DNA from: Candidatus Delongbacteria bacterium | Lineage (GTDB): Bacteria; CAIWAD01 | DNA: 64,000 nt | Reading direction: 5' to 3' | Assembly (NCBI GenBank): GCA_020634015.1 | Contig: JACKCN010000001.1 | Location: 928,785-992,784 of the forward strand | In this document: piece by piece, positions 55,405-64,000 of the stretch | How the letters are laid out: each line of letters begins with the position of its first letter | Numbering within the stretch: position 1 is the stretch's first letter | Translations under genes and position numbers: made by a program | The notes under the pieces: model-generated | Told to the model about the DNA's origin: nothing | Databases searched by the model: none | The model's input: only the letters and a program-made list of their open reading frames with translations

Positions 55405-56160
55405 TCAGAGCGCGGGGCCGGCCTTGCCCGGCATGGACCAGATTTCGCGCCCCTGCTGCAGACACTCGCGCTGCGCCAGTTCCAGCTCGTCGGTGACCAG
55501 ACCGTTGACTCCGGCGCGCAGCAGCAGCCGCATGTCCTCGGGATGGTTCACGGTGTACACGTTCACCAGCAAGCCCGCGCGCTGGATCTCGGCAATCAGC
55601 GCGGGGTCGGCGAAGTCCACCGACAGGTTCACCGCACCGGCCCCCAGGCTGCGGGCGGTAGCCACCACATCATTGAGTACACCCTCGCAGAGCAGGGCCA
55701 GTGGAATCGCGGGGGCCAGTTCCGCAAAGAGGCGCAGCTCACGATGATTGAAGGAAGACACCAGCAATTGCTCGCGCCGCCAGGGGCCCGTGCTCAGGCA
55801 CTCCAGCAGCATCCGTGCCACCGGAGCCGCCGTCCTGGGCCCTTTCAACTCCACGTTCAGCAGGGCTTCGCCCTTCACCAGCGCGAGCACCTCTTCAAGC
55901 AATGGAATGCGCTCTCCTCCACCCGCATCCAGGCGCCGCAGGACTTCGGGGCTGTGCTCCGCGAGCAGACCGTTGCCATCGGTGCGCCGCTCCAGACGCC
56001 GGTCGTGAAACACCAGCAGTGTATCGGCCACGGCCTGGACGTCGATTTCAAGGGCCTGGGCACCCGCCGCCAGCGAGCCCCGGATGGCCCGGAGTGTATT
56101 CTCCGGAGCACCTCCATGGGCACCCCGATGAGCAAGGATCATGCATGGGTTGTTTGACAT
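55405..56160 (-). CDS. glycerophosphodiester phosphodiesterase family protein
   Basis: Start ATG 56160 (AGAGAGG SD). ILAHRGAHGGAPENTLRAI...LEIDVQ is the GDPD signature. Confidence 0.85.
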   Translation of the reverse strand: MSNNPCMILAHRGAHGGAPENTLRAIRGSLAAGAQALEIDVQAVADTLLVFHDRRLERRTDGNGLLAEHSPEVLRRLDAGGGERIPLLEEVLALVKGEALLNVELKGPRTAAPVARMLLECLSTGPWRREQLLVSSFNHRELRLFAELAPAIPLALLCEGVLNDVVATARSLGAGAVNLSVDFADPALIAEIQRAGLLVNVYTVNHPEDMRLLLRAGVNGLVTDELELAQRECLQQGREIWSMPGKAGPAL

Positions 56161-56236
56161 CAGCCTCTCTTCACTGAACGGAATCCGCTGTGCGCTGCCC
56201 AAGATCGCGCCATCCCGTCAGAAAATCGTGAGCAGG

Positions 56237-58285
56237 TCATCGGGGTTCCAGGAGCGTGGCGATGCAGCCGGCCAACTGCGCTCCGGTGAAGGGTTTCTGC
56301 AGGAAGCGGGTCCGCGGGTCATCACCGATCTTCGACACCGCATCCTCCTCGTCGTATCCGCTCATCAGGATTGCCGGCAGTTCGGGCCGGATCGCATGGA
56401 TGCGCCTGAGCACCTGGTCGCCACTCAGGCCCGGCATGCCAAGGTCCAGCAGGATCAGCGACCAGCTTGCCGGGTCCTTCTGGAAAAGGGTCCAGGCCTG
56501 GGCGCCATCTTCAGCATCCTCGACATGATGGCCCTGGCGCTCCAACTGGCGCTTGCAGATCCGGCGCGTGGCCGCCTGGTCATCCGCAAGCAGGACCCGC
56601 AGTGCACTCGAGTTGCTCCCGGAATCCCGTTGCGGCGGCAGCATGTCCGGCGATGCCTGGCCATGGGCCGGAAACATCACCTGGAAGCGAGTGCCACGGT
56701 CCGGTTGACTCTGGACACGAATCATGCCCCCATGGGATCGCATGATGCCCAGCACGGCGGACAGTCCCAGACCGCGACCGAGGATCTTGGTGGTGAAGAA
56801 GGGATCGAACAGGCGCCCAAGCGTGTCTTCGTCCATGCCGCTTCCCGTGTCGCCCACCTCCAGGCAGGCGAACTTGCCGGGCTGCGCTTCCGCCGCGAAA
56901 TAGACATTCTCCAGCTCCGCCGGATCCAGCACCTGATTCCAGGTGCGTATCCGTACTTCCCCGGAGTCTTCGCCCAGAGCTTCCATGGCATTGGTCAGCA
57001 GATTCATCAGAACCTGGCGCACCTGCGCCACATCGGCATGGATCACGACGGGATCGCTGTCCAGCTCCAGCAGGAGGCGAGTTCCCGGCTTGCGCGCCGA
57101 CTCGAGAATCCGGGCGATCGTGTGTACTTCCGCGCCCAGGTCCACAATGCCCAGCTGGAATTGCCCCTTGCCCGAATAGGCCAGCATCTGCCGGCAAAGA
57201 TCCGCCGCATGATTGGAAGCCTGGATCACGTCCCGCAGATACAGTGCACTGGCCGATCCCGCCATCTGCTCATCGGCGGCCAGCTCGGCATTGCCCATGA
57301 TGGTCTGCAACAGGTTGTTGAAATCATGGGCGATCCCGCCCGCCAGGACTCCCAGGCTTTCCAGCTTGCGGGCATGCAGCGAGCGCTCATCCTCGATGCG
57401 CAGGGCTTCTTCCCGGCTCTTGCGCTCACTGATGATGGTGGCGAAGGCGAAGATCGCGGGCTCTCCGTTGTAGCGCCCGGGGTACAGGCTGACCTCCTTG
57501 GGAAAGACACGCCCGCTGCTGTCGATGCCCCAGAACTCGAAGCGCCGGAATTCGCCATTCAGCGCAGCCATCACATGCTGGATCACGGAATTCATGTCAT
57601 TCCGGCCCGGAGCGGAAATGAACTCCGGTGTCTTGCCCAGGAAGTACTCCCTGGGATAACCGTAGATCCGGACAGCCCCCATGTTCACATCCACGAAACG
57701 GCCCTGGGCGTCCTGGATGTAGATCGGGTCCGAGACACTGTTGAACAGCTCACGATAACCGGCTTCCAGGCTGGAGAGCCGTTCTTCGGAGCGGATGCGC
57801 TCGATGGCCGCTGAAATCACACCGGAGAGCAGCGCCAGCCCCGGACTGTCCAGATTGTCCCATCTGGAGATCGCCGTGCTGCGCTCGAGGCACAGCAGAC
57901 CGACCACGTGCTGCTCTCGCCGCAGCGGAAGCAGGAACAGCGTGCGCACACCATGGTCGGCCAGGCGAGCCGGGAGGCTGTCCTCGGCGCCGTCATTGCC
58001 AAGATTGGCCAGCAGCACGGGCGTGCCTTCAAGGATGGGCGCGAACACGTCGTCCTGAAGCCACTCCTTCTTGAAGACCCGCGGAATCGCCAGCTCGTCT
58101 CCGCAGCACAGCTCGGGGTCACGCACGAAGTCCCCGCCCTCGTTTTCAAGATGAATTCCGGCGCGCTCCATGTCGATCGCACTGGCCAGGGTCTCCAGCG
58201 CCGAGTGCAGAGTCGAGGATGTCTCACCCGGGGGTGCCGAGAGCAGGGCTTCGGCCAGGCGGATCACGAAAATGGTGAAGTTCAT
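56237..58285 (-). CDS. hybrid sensor histidine kinase/response regulator (GAF-PAS-HisKA-HATPase-REC)
   Basis: Start ATG 58285 (GGGAG SD). H-box GGIAHDFNNLLQ, then N/G boxes (NLLTNAMEAL; DTGSGMD; GRGLGLS). C-terminal receiver VLLADD...LILLDLGMPGLSG. Confidence 0.9.
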   Translation of the reverse strand: MNFTIFVIRLAEALLSAPPGETSSTLHSALETLASAIDMERAGIHLENEGGDFVRDPELCCGDELAIPRVFKKEWLQDDVFAPILEGTPVLLANLGNDGAEDSLPARLADHGVRTLFLLPLRREQHVVGLLCLERSTAISRWDNLDSPGLALLSGVISAAIERIRSEERLSSLEAGYRELFNSVSDPIYIQDAQGRFVDVNMGAVRIYGYPREYFLGKTPEFISAPGRNDMNSVIQHVMAALNGEFRRFEFWGIDSSGRVFPKEVSLYPGRYNGEPAIFAFATIISERKSREEALRIEDERSLHARKLESLGVLAGGIAHDFNNLLQTIMGNAELAADEQMAGSASALYLRDVIQASNHAADLCRQMLAYSGKGQFQLGIVDLGAEVHTIARILESARKPGTRLLLELDSDPVVIHADVAQVRQVLMNLLTNAMEALGEDSGEVRIRTWNQVLDPAELENVYFAAEAQPGKFACLEVGDTGSGMDEDTLGRLFDPFFTTKILGRGLGLSAVLGIMRSHGGMIRVQSQPDRGTRFQVMFPAHGQASPDMLPPQRDSGSNSSALRVLLADDQAATRRICKRQLERQGHHVEDAEDGAQAWTLFQKDPASWSLILLDLGMPGLSGDQVLRRIHAIRPELPAILMSGYDEEDAVSKIGDDPRTRFLQKPFTGAQLAGCIATLLEPR

Positions 58286-58346
58286 CGGGTGACTCCCATG
58301 CAGGGGCCGCAGGAAAAATCCTGTCCGTGCCCGCGACATCGATCGG

Positions 58347-59441
58347 CTACAAGGCTTCGAAACCGCTTCCGGACAGATCCAGCGGCATCGCGTGGGCACA
58401 CTCACGTGCCAGTGCGTGATTCAATTCCAGATCGCTCATGGACGGCAGGACACTGGGTCCCGGAGCCGGCAGGGACTCCAGCAGCGTCTGGATGCGCGCG
58501 GCTGACGCCCGTTCGAGTTCCAGATCCAGACGCCCTTCGGCGCGCGCACGATCGATCGCGTCGGCGGCCGCCAGAGCGCGCTCGGGATGATGGTTGTACA
58601 ACAGCAGGTCCACGCCCGCGGCCAGAGCCTCCAGCTCCGGTGTCCCGGTGGGCAGCCCGGTGATCGCGGCCATTTCCATGTCGTCGCTGAAAATGATCCC
58701 GCTGAAGCCCAGTGTCTCACGCAACAGGCCGTTCAGTGTCTTGCGGGACAGGGTGGCAGGGCACCCGGGATCCAGTTCCGGATTCACCAGATGGGCACTC
58801 ATCACCGACCGGCAACCGGCGGCGATGCCGGCTTCGAAAGGAGGAAGCTCGATCGCGCGCAAGCGCTCGAGCGCGTGATCCACGCGGGGCAGGCAGGCGT
58901 GGGAGTCCTGATGGGTATCTCCGTGCCCCGGGAAATGCTTGAGACAGCAGGCCAGCCCCAGAGACTGGGCCACACTCACGAACCGGGGCGTGATCCGGGC
59001 GCACTCCGCCGCGGAAGACGAGAACGCACGGGGACCGATCACGGGATTCCCGGGGTTGGAGGCCACATCGGCCACGGGTCCCAGCAGCAGATTGACGCCC
59101 AGCGCGCGCAGCTCGACTGCCATGGCGCGGGCCACAGCTTCCGCTCGGTCGGCCCATTGCACGGCCCAGGGAAAATGGGTGAAGGGGGCGGGCAGGCGAT
59201 GGACGCGTCCGCCTTCGTGGTCGATGACCACCAGCTGCCGGGGCCGGCCCGACAGTTCGCGGCAGTCCTTCAACAGGGCGGTCAGTGCCTCCAGCCACTC
59301 CGGCGCGGGCACGTCGGGCACGAAATTGCGCACCCGCAGGTGAATCCCCACGGGTCGAAGGCGTCGCATCAGCTCCCGGTCTTCCGCATTCAGCTCGGCT
59401 GCCCGTGGACAAACGACGATGTGCAGGCCTGCCTGCTCCAT
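58347..59441 (-). CDS. nagZ: beta-N-acetylhexosaminidase (GH3)
   Basis: Start ATG 59441 (GGGAGG SD). KHFPGHGDTHQDSH motif and ...IIFSDDMEM. Confidence 0.85.
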   Translation of the reverse strand: MEQAGLHIVVCPRAAELNAEDRELMRRLRPVGIHLRVRNFVPDVPAPEWLEALTALLKDCRELSGRPRQLVVIDHEGGRVHRLPAPFTHFPWAVQWADRAEAVARAMAVELRALGVNLLLGPVADVASNPGNPVIGPRAFSSSAAECARITPRFVSVAQSLGLACCLKHFPGHGDTHQDSHACLPRVDHALERLRAIELPPFEAGIAAGCRSVMSAHLVNPELDPGCPATLSRKTLNGLLRETLGFSGIIFSDDMEMAAITGLPTGTPELEALAAGVDLLLYNHHPERALAAADAIDRARAEGRLDLELERASAARIQTLLESLPAPGPSVLPSMSDLELNHALARECAHAMPLDLSGSGFEAL

Positions 59442-59642
59442 TCTCTGCCTCCCGATTGAATTGACGCGACGCGCCAAAGTACGGTTCGGCAGGCCATTGC
59501 GAGAATCCGGGATTGATATCGGCAAATCCGTCAGCACCTTCCGGCTTTGTTTTTATTCACGCTTCGCGAACCGATACTCTCGCCGACAGCGACCGGATTC
59601 CATCCGGCGAACCGGAATCGGCCCTGCAATCAGGATTCCACC

Positions 59643-62306
59643 ATGTTTCATCGCCCCCACACGACTTCGCGACCCGCAACCTGGCCCTGGGTGATTCTGG
59701 CTTTCGTGGCCAACCTTCGGATTCCCATTCCGGGCATCCGTTCCGCCCTGGGTTGCGGCGTTCTTGGCCTGATCTACGCCAAGCGCACCGAGCGCCTGGG
59801 AAGCGTGGCCGTGCGTCTGCTGCGCGCGCTGGAGTACCGGGGCTACGACTCCACCGGAGGCGCGTTTCAGGACGGCACTGAGGTGACCCTGCTGAAAGCG
59901 CCGGGTGCCCCGTCGAAGATCTGCGGCCCGCTGGGCATGCAGGCCCAGGCCGGGCGCATCTTCTGCGGCCAGGTGCGCTGGGCCACCTACGGTGCCGTCG
60001 ATCAGGCCAACAGCCAACCCCACGACGTGCACTGTCATACGCACATCTATGGTGCGCACAACGGCAACATCAGCAACTCGCCCAGACTCAAGCACTGGCT
60101 GAAGGAGCAGGGCCACGAGGTGCTCTCCGACAATGACGGAGAAATGCTGGTGCACACGGTGGAGCACTTCTTCAGCGAGGCGGTCGCCGGTGGACGCTTC
60201 CCCGATGAGAATGCCGCCATGCGACACGCCATCGTGCTGGCCTGTGAAGTGCTGACCGGCTCCTACGCGGCCATCATCGTGAACCCGCGCACCGAGACGG
60301 TCTGGGCGATCAAGCGGGGCAGCAGCCTCTACGTGGGCATTGGCAGCGAAGGCGAGAATCGGGACGGCAATGCCTTCATCCTGGCCAGTTCCGACCTGAC
60401 CGCCGTGCTGCGCATGACACGCCTGCTGCTGCCGATCCGCGAGGGGCAGTTCGTGGAGTTCACGGCCGACTCGTATACGGTGTTCGCCGCCGGAGATCAG
60501 CCCGCACGCGAAGGGCAACAGCCATCTTCCAGAGTGCGCGCCGGCAGCGAAATCGCCATGACTCCGCGTTTCAGCAATCTGCAGGTGGACGAGATCGGTC
60601 TGCGCGACGGGTTCCAGTACTTCATGGAACAGGAAATCGTAGACGAAATCGACAGCGCACGCCGCCTGGTACGCTTCTTCACCTTCGGCAGCGGGCGGCT
60701 GCGCCAGTACCGCCTGGCCAGCGAAAGCCACCAGACCATGCAACCCGAGTCCGAGAAGGGCATCGGCGACCTGATGCTGTGTGACAGCACCGATGCCCTG
60801 ATGCAGGCCTGTGGGGCACTGTTTGACGACGATCCGCTCTGGGAGAATTTCCAGAGTCTGCCTGCGGGCATCTGGAAGGACGAAACCTTCTACAGCGACA
60901 GCGCACCGCTGCTGCGCTGGGCCTGGGAACGTCACGCCGAGCACCCCCGGCGCGATCTGCTGAAACTGGCCGATCTGTATCTCGAGAACGACGAGATCAA
61001 CGACCTCAACACCAAACTGATGCAGTTCGTCCAGGAAGCCCTCGCCTGTCATCGCCGTGGGGGCCAGATCTACGCGGTCAGTTCGGGCACCAGCTACAAC
61101 GCGGCCCGCACCGGAGCGCTGTTCTTCAATGATCTGTGCGGAGTCAAGTTCATTCCGCTGCTGCCCGGTGAATATCGCAGCCAGTTCAACCACTGCATCA
61201 CCGAGCGCGATCTGCTGCTGACCATTTCCCAGAGCGGCGAGACCAAGGACGTGATCGACGTGGTCAACGACCTCAAGACCAAATGCCCGCGCCTGCATCA
61301 CATTTCGCTGGTCAACAACATGAATTCCACCCTGGCCCAGGAGAAGGCCGACCTGGCGATTCCCCTGCGCTGCGGACCGGAAATCGCGGTGCCCGCCACC
61401 AAGAGCTACATCAACCAGAACACCATGCTGCTGGGAATGGCCAAGTACCTGAGTGCCGCGCTGGGCGGCCGGGGCGGGCGCGGACTGCATGGCAGCGTGG
61501 ATCACGAATCGCGGCTGGACCCGATTCCCGACCTGCTGCACCAGACGCTCAAGACAACCGGCGACGCGGTCAGCGAGATCGCCGGACTGCTGTATCTGGT
61601 GCCCAGCCTGCACATTCTGGGCACGCGCATGTGGGGCGTGGCGCGCGAGGGAGCACTCAAGATCCGCGAAGTGGTGCTGAATCATGCCGAAGGCATCTCG
61701 ACCACGGAATTCAAGCACGGGCCCAACACCATCCTTGGACTGAACAATTCCTACGGCCTGGACCAGATGCAGAACTGGACTCGTACCCTGCTCTCCAGTC
61801 TGGCCAGCATGGAAGGCTGGGAGAAGCTGGACAGCAACCAGCGCCGGGCCCAGTTGCTGGCCTTTGGTGACAGCCTGTTCACCGGAGATATTCTGTCACG
61901 CAGTCCGCGGGTGGCCGAGGAACTGCATGCCAGTCTCTACAAGGATTATCCGCTGATCTACATCACCGGTCCCGGTCAGCGGGATGTGGACCTGACCATC
62001 ACCCAGATCAACACCCACAAGATCCGGGGTGCCATGACCATCGTGATCGCCGAGCCCAACGAGGACCTGCGCCGCGCCGCGCTGGACGCCCCGGGCGGCA
62101 ACCCGAACTATGTGGGACGTTTCGTTGCCCTGCCCCCAACGGGCGACCTGCTGTACACCACCTTCAGCTCGATTCTGGTGCTGCAGCGTCTGGCCTACGA
62201 GATGTGCCTGATGAAGATGGCCTGGCTGGAGCGCATGGGCTTCCGCAACCACGGTGTGCATCCCGATTCTCCCAAGAACGTCTCCAAGAGCATCACGGTG
62301 GACTGA
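59643..62306 (+). CDS. atypically long GlmS-like glutamine-dependent sugar-phosphate aminotransferase (GATase-II + 2 SIS)
   Basis: CGVLGLIY...RLEYRGYDSTG Ntn-amidotransferase N-domain, SIS1 AVSSGTSYNAA...ISQSGETKDV, SIS2 ...EFKHGPNTIL, and a GlmS-like C-terminus NVSKSITVD. The nearest in-frame ATG is 37 codons before the catalytic Cys (59754). Confidence 0.75.
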   Translation: MFHRPHTTSRPATWPWVILAFVANLRIPIPGIRSALGCGVLGLIYAKRTERLGSVAVRLLRALEYRGYDSTGGAFQDGTEVTLLKAPGAPSKICGPLGMQAQAGRIFCGQVRWATYGAVDQANSQPHDVHCHTHIYGAHNGNISNSPRLKHWLKEQGHEVLSDNDGEMLVHTVEHFFSEAVAGGRFPDENAAMRHAIVLACEVLTGSYAAIIVNPRTETVWAIKRGSSLYVGIGSEGENRDGNAFILASSDLTAVLRMTRLLLPIREGQFVEFTADSYTVFAAGDQPAREGQQPSSRVRAGSEIAMTPRFSNLQVDEIGLRDGFQYFMEQEIVDEIDSARRLVRFFTFGSGRLRQYRLASESHQTMQPESEKGIGDLMLCDSTDALMQACGALFDDDPLWENFQSLPAGIWKDETFYSDSAPLLRWAWERHAEHPRRDLLKLADLYLENDEINDLNTKLMQFVQEALACHRRGGQIYAVSSGTSYNAARTGALFFNDLCGVKFIPLLPGEYRSQFNHCITERDLLLTISQSGETKDVIDVVNDLKTKCPRLHHISLVNNMNSTLAQEKADLAIPLRCGPEIAVPATKSYINQNTMLLGMAKYLSAALGGRGGRGLHGSVDHESRLDPIPDLLHQTLKTTGDAVSEIAGLLYLVPSLHILGTRMWGVAREGALKIREVVLNHAEGISTTEFKHGPNTILGLNNSYGLDQMQNWTRTLLSSLASMEGWEKLDSNQRRAQLLAFGDSLFTGDILSRSPRVAEELHASLYKDYPLIYITGPGQRDVDLTITQINTHKIRGAMTIVIAEPNEDLRRAALDAPGGNPNYVGRFVALPPTGDLLYTTFSSILVLQRLAYEMCLMKMAWLERMGFRNHGVHPDSPKNVSKSITVD

Positions 62307-62330
62307 GATGCACCCAACAGCCCCAAAACA

Positions 62331-62366
62331 CGGGCGCCCCATCCTTGCGGATGGGGCGCCCGTTTG
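62331..62366. terminator. bidirectional intrinsic terminator between convergent genes
   Basis: Perfect 14-bp stem CGGGCGCCCCATCC-ttgc-GGATGGGGCGCCCG, flanked by AAAACA and TTTGTCC. Confidence 0.8.
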
Positions 62367-62387
62367 TCCAGGGGACGTGAATCAGGT

Positions 62388-64000
62388 CTACTTCAGCAGC
62401 ACCATCTTGCGGGTGTCCTGGAAGCCGTCGGCGCTCAGGGTGTAGAAGTATACACCGCTGCTCAGGCCCGAGGCGTCAAAGGTCACACTGTGCGCACCGG
62501 CACTCTGGATACCGTTGACCAGCAGGGCCACCTGACGACCGGCCAGGTCATGCACGGCCAGGGTCATCTCGGCAGTCTGGGCCAGGGTGAAATCGATGGT
62601 GGTGGTGGGGTTGAAGGGGTTGGGGTAGTTGGCATTCAGCGAGAAGCTGCCCACCAGGTCGATGGCGTCGGCCACGTTGCAGCTGACCACATCACCGGCT
62701 TCCGTCGGGAAGATGGTGTAGGCTCCGAAGCTGTAGTACTGGATGCCGGTCAGGGTGTAGCAGTCGTCCAGCATGGGCGCAGGGTCAATGGTGAAGAAAT
62801 CCACATCGGCCTGGATCTCGCCGCTGCCATCGGCCAGCATGAACTCACCGAAGTTGTTCTGCTCGGCGGTGACGGTCAGGGCAGCCACGGTGACCAGCAT
62901 CGACTCATAATCCTCGGTCGCGGCGGTGGCCGCATCCAGCAGCACCGGGGCGTAGGGGAGACCACTTCCCAGCACGGTGACGACGGGGTTGTTGGTCATC
63001 TCGGTCAGGTTGAAGTACTCGTCCACCAGGCCACAGACTTCGACCAGGTCGCCCACCAGCACGGTGGGGGCGGTGCCGGTGAAGACGGTGAGACCGCTGC
63101 GGACGGCGGTGCCGTCCTGAATGAAGAATCGGTCGGCCACGACGCGCTGGACGATGCCTTCGGTGCAGACGGTGGCGTTTTCATAGGGCGACACATCGGT
63201 GGCACCCTGGATCTGCGGAATGGTCAGATGGCAATCCACGGTGTAGCTCAACACGGGCGAGGAACCCTGACCCATGGCGTCGTCGGTTCCCACGACCTGG
63301 TAGTACACCACGGTGCAGGCGTTCAGGTCGGGAATCTGGACCATGGTCTGCCAGGCGTCGCCACCGATGCTCTGCATGGCAATCACATTGGTCAGCGCAT
63401 TCGAGGCCAGACCCCAGTGCAGCTCGGCCATCAGGACCGTGCCGTCCACATCGATGATGTCGGCAACCACGTCCACGGGATCATCCTCGGTGGGAACGGC
63501 GGGAATGGTGGCCACGTTGCTCACTTCGGGGTTCACGTTGCCCGCGCAACCGATGGAGCCATGCATGCCCAGGTCGGCACTGTCGTTCTGGGGAAACACA
63601 TCCCACTCCAGTTCGCCGGAACCCGGCCAGACGCAATTGCCGTCAACGATGCCGGCCATGCGGCGCAGAGTGTATTCGGCGGTAGCGCCGGAGCCCACGG
63701 TCCAGGCCGCACCGGGATCCACGCCCAGCTCACCGATCGTGTCCACGCAGATGGTGTCGGTGCCGACGACCTCGTACAGTCCCAGACGGTCATCGCCATT
63801 GTAGAAGGTCAGCCCGCTGGTGGCATCGGCTTCTGCCAGAATGGCCGCATTGGCACTGGAGTTGGCAATCACGAACACGCAACCCGAACCCAGGGTGCCC
63901 GTGAAGGAGAAGCGGTTGGCCCAAGGGTTGGCATCCCCGTTGTTGGAACGGGTCATCACGTAGTTGGCCAGATTGATGGAAGCGCCGCTGCCATTGTAGA
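62388..64000 (-). CDS. secreted protein with lamin-tail-like N-region and T9SS type-A C-terminal sorting domain, 5' end outside window
   Basis: C-terminus YPNPFNPTTTIDF...SGVYFYTLSADGFQDTRKMVLLK. Upstream is ...FVIANSSANAAILAEADATSGLTFYNGDDRLGLYE (LTD-like). The frame stays open from 63959 to the window end (...YNGSGASINLANYV), so the listed GTG start is internal. Confidence 0.8.
   Translation of the reverse strand, partial: YNGSGASINLANYVMTRSNNGDANPWANRFSFTGTLGSGCVFVIANSSANAAILAEADATSGLTFYNGDDRLGLYEVVGTDTICVDTIGELGVDPGAAWTVGSGATAEYTLRRMAGIVDGNCVWPGSGELEWDVFPQNDSADLGMHGSIGCAGNVNPEVSNVATIPAVPTEDDPVDVVADIIDVDGTVLMAELHWGLASNALTNVIAMQSIGGDAWQTMVQIPDLNACTVVYYQVVGTDDAMGQGSSPVLSYTVDCHLTIPQIQGATDVSPYENATVCTEGIVQRVVADRFFIQDGTAVRSGLTVFTGTAPTVLVGDLVEVCGLVDEYFNLTEMTNNPVVTVLGSGLPYAPVLLDAATAATEDYESMLVTVAALTVTAEQNNFGEFMLADGSGEIQADVDFFTIDPAPMLDDCYTLTGIQYYSFGAYTIFPTEAGDVVSCNVADAIDLVGSFSLNANYPNPFNPTTTIDFTLAQTAEMTLAVHDLAGRQVALLVNGIQSAGAHSVTFDASGLSSGVYFYTLSADGFQDTRKMVLLK

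Noticed and set aside
59442-59642. glmS ribozyme upstream of the GlmS-like gene
   Set aside because: The 200-bp region shows only a bulged CCGGATTCC/GGAATCGG hairpin and nothing resembling the conserved glmS ribozyme core. An Rfam scan is needed for certainty.

Overview
High-GC bacterial chromosomal segment (roughly 60-65% GC by eye, not computed). It is densely coding, with about 50 genes, mostly on the minus strand and often joined by ATGA/GTGA/TGATG start-stop overlaps. I saw no rRNA, tRNA, CRISPR, transposase, integrase or phage genes. Three proteins end in T9SS/FlgD-Ig-type C-terminal sorting domains. Together with a PorV-like barrel, a CarboxypepD_reg-type TonB receptor, two sigma-54 enhancer-binding proteins and hpnCDE, this suggests an FCB-superphylum-like or candidate-phylum organism; that is inference only. 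Recognisable housekeeping genes are murC, dapF, rsgA, cdaA, tsaB, polA, an Mrp/ApbC-type gene, pta, coaD, glgA, a ROK glucokinase and nagZ. Accessory content: (i) a five-gene envelope operon (1-11594) headed by a TonB-dependent receptor with a large insert of EF-hand/dockerin-like calcium loops; (ii) a Wzz-like / two unknowns / PilZ operon beside a sigma-54 activator; (iii) hpnC-hpnD-hpnE squalene genes preceded by a tightly coupled 68-aa zinc-knuckle ORF; (iv) an 890-bp non-coding gap with an orphan intrinsic terminator; (v) a nested 12/36-bp in-frame minisatellite just after polA; (vi) two tandem paralogous ~40-aa membrane-peptide ORFs; (vii) an 887-aa GlmS-like protein with a leader before its catalytic Cys and two inserts; (viii) a GalT/HIT-type gene overlapping glgA. 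Most long ORFs in the track that run antisense to these genes are GC-driven shadow ORFs. The track also accepts GTG/TTG starts, so several N-termini were re-set by hand from ATG plus Shine-Dalgarno context. No family assignment was checked against a database. All rest on motifs read from the translations.
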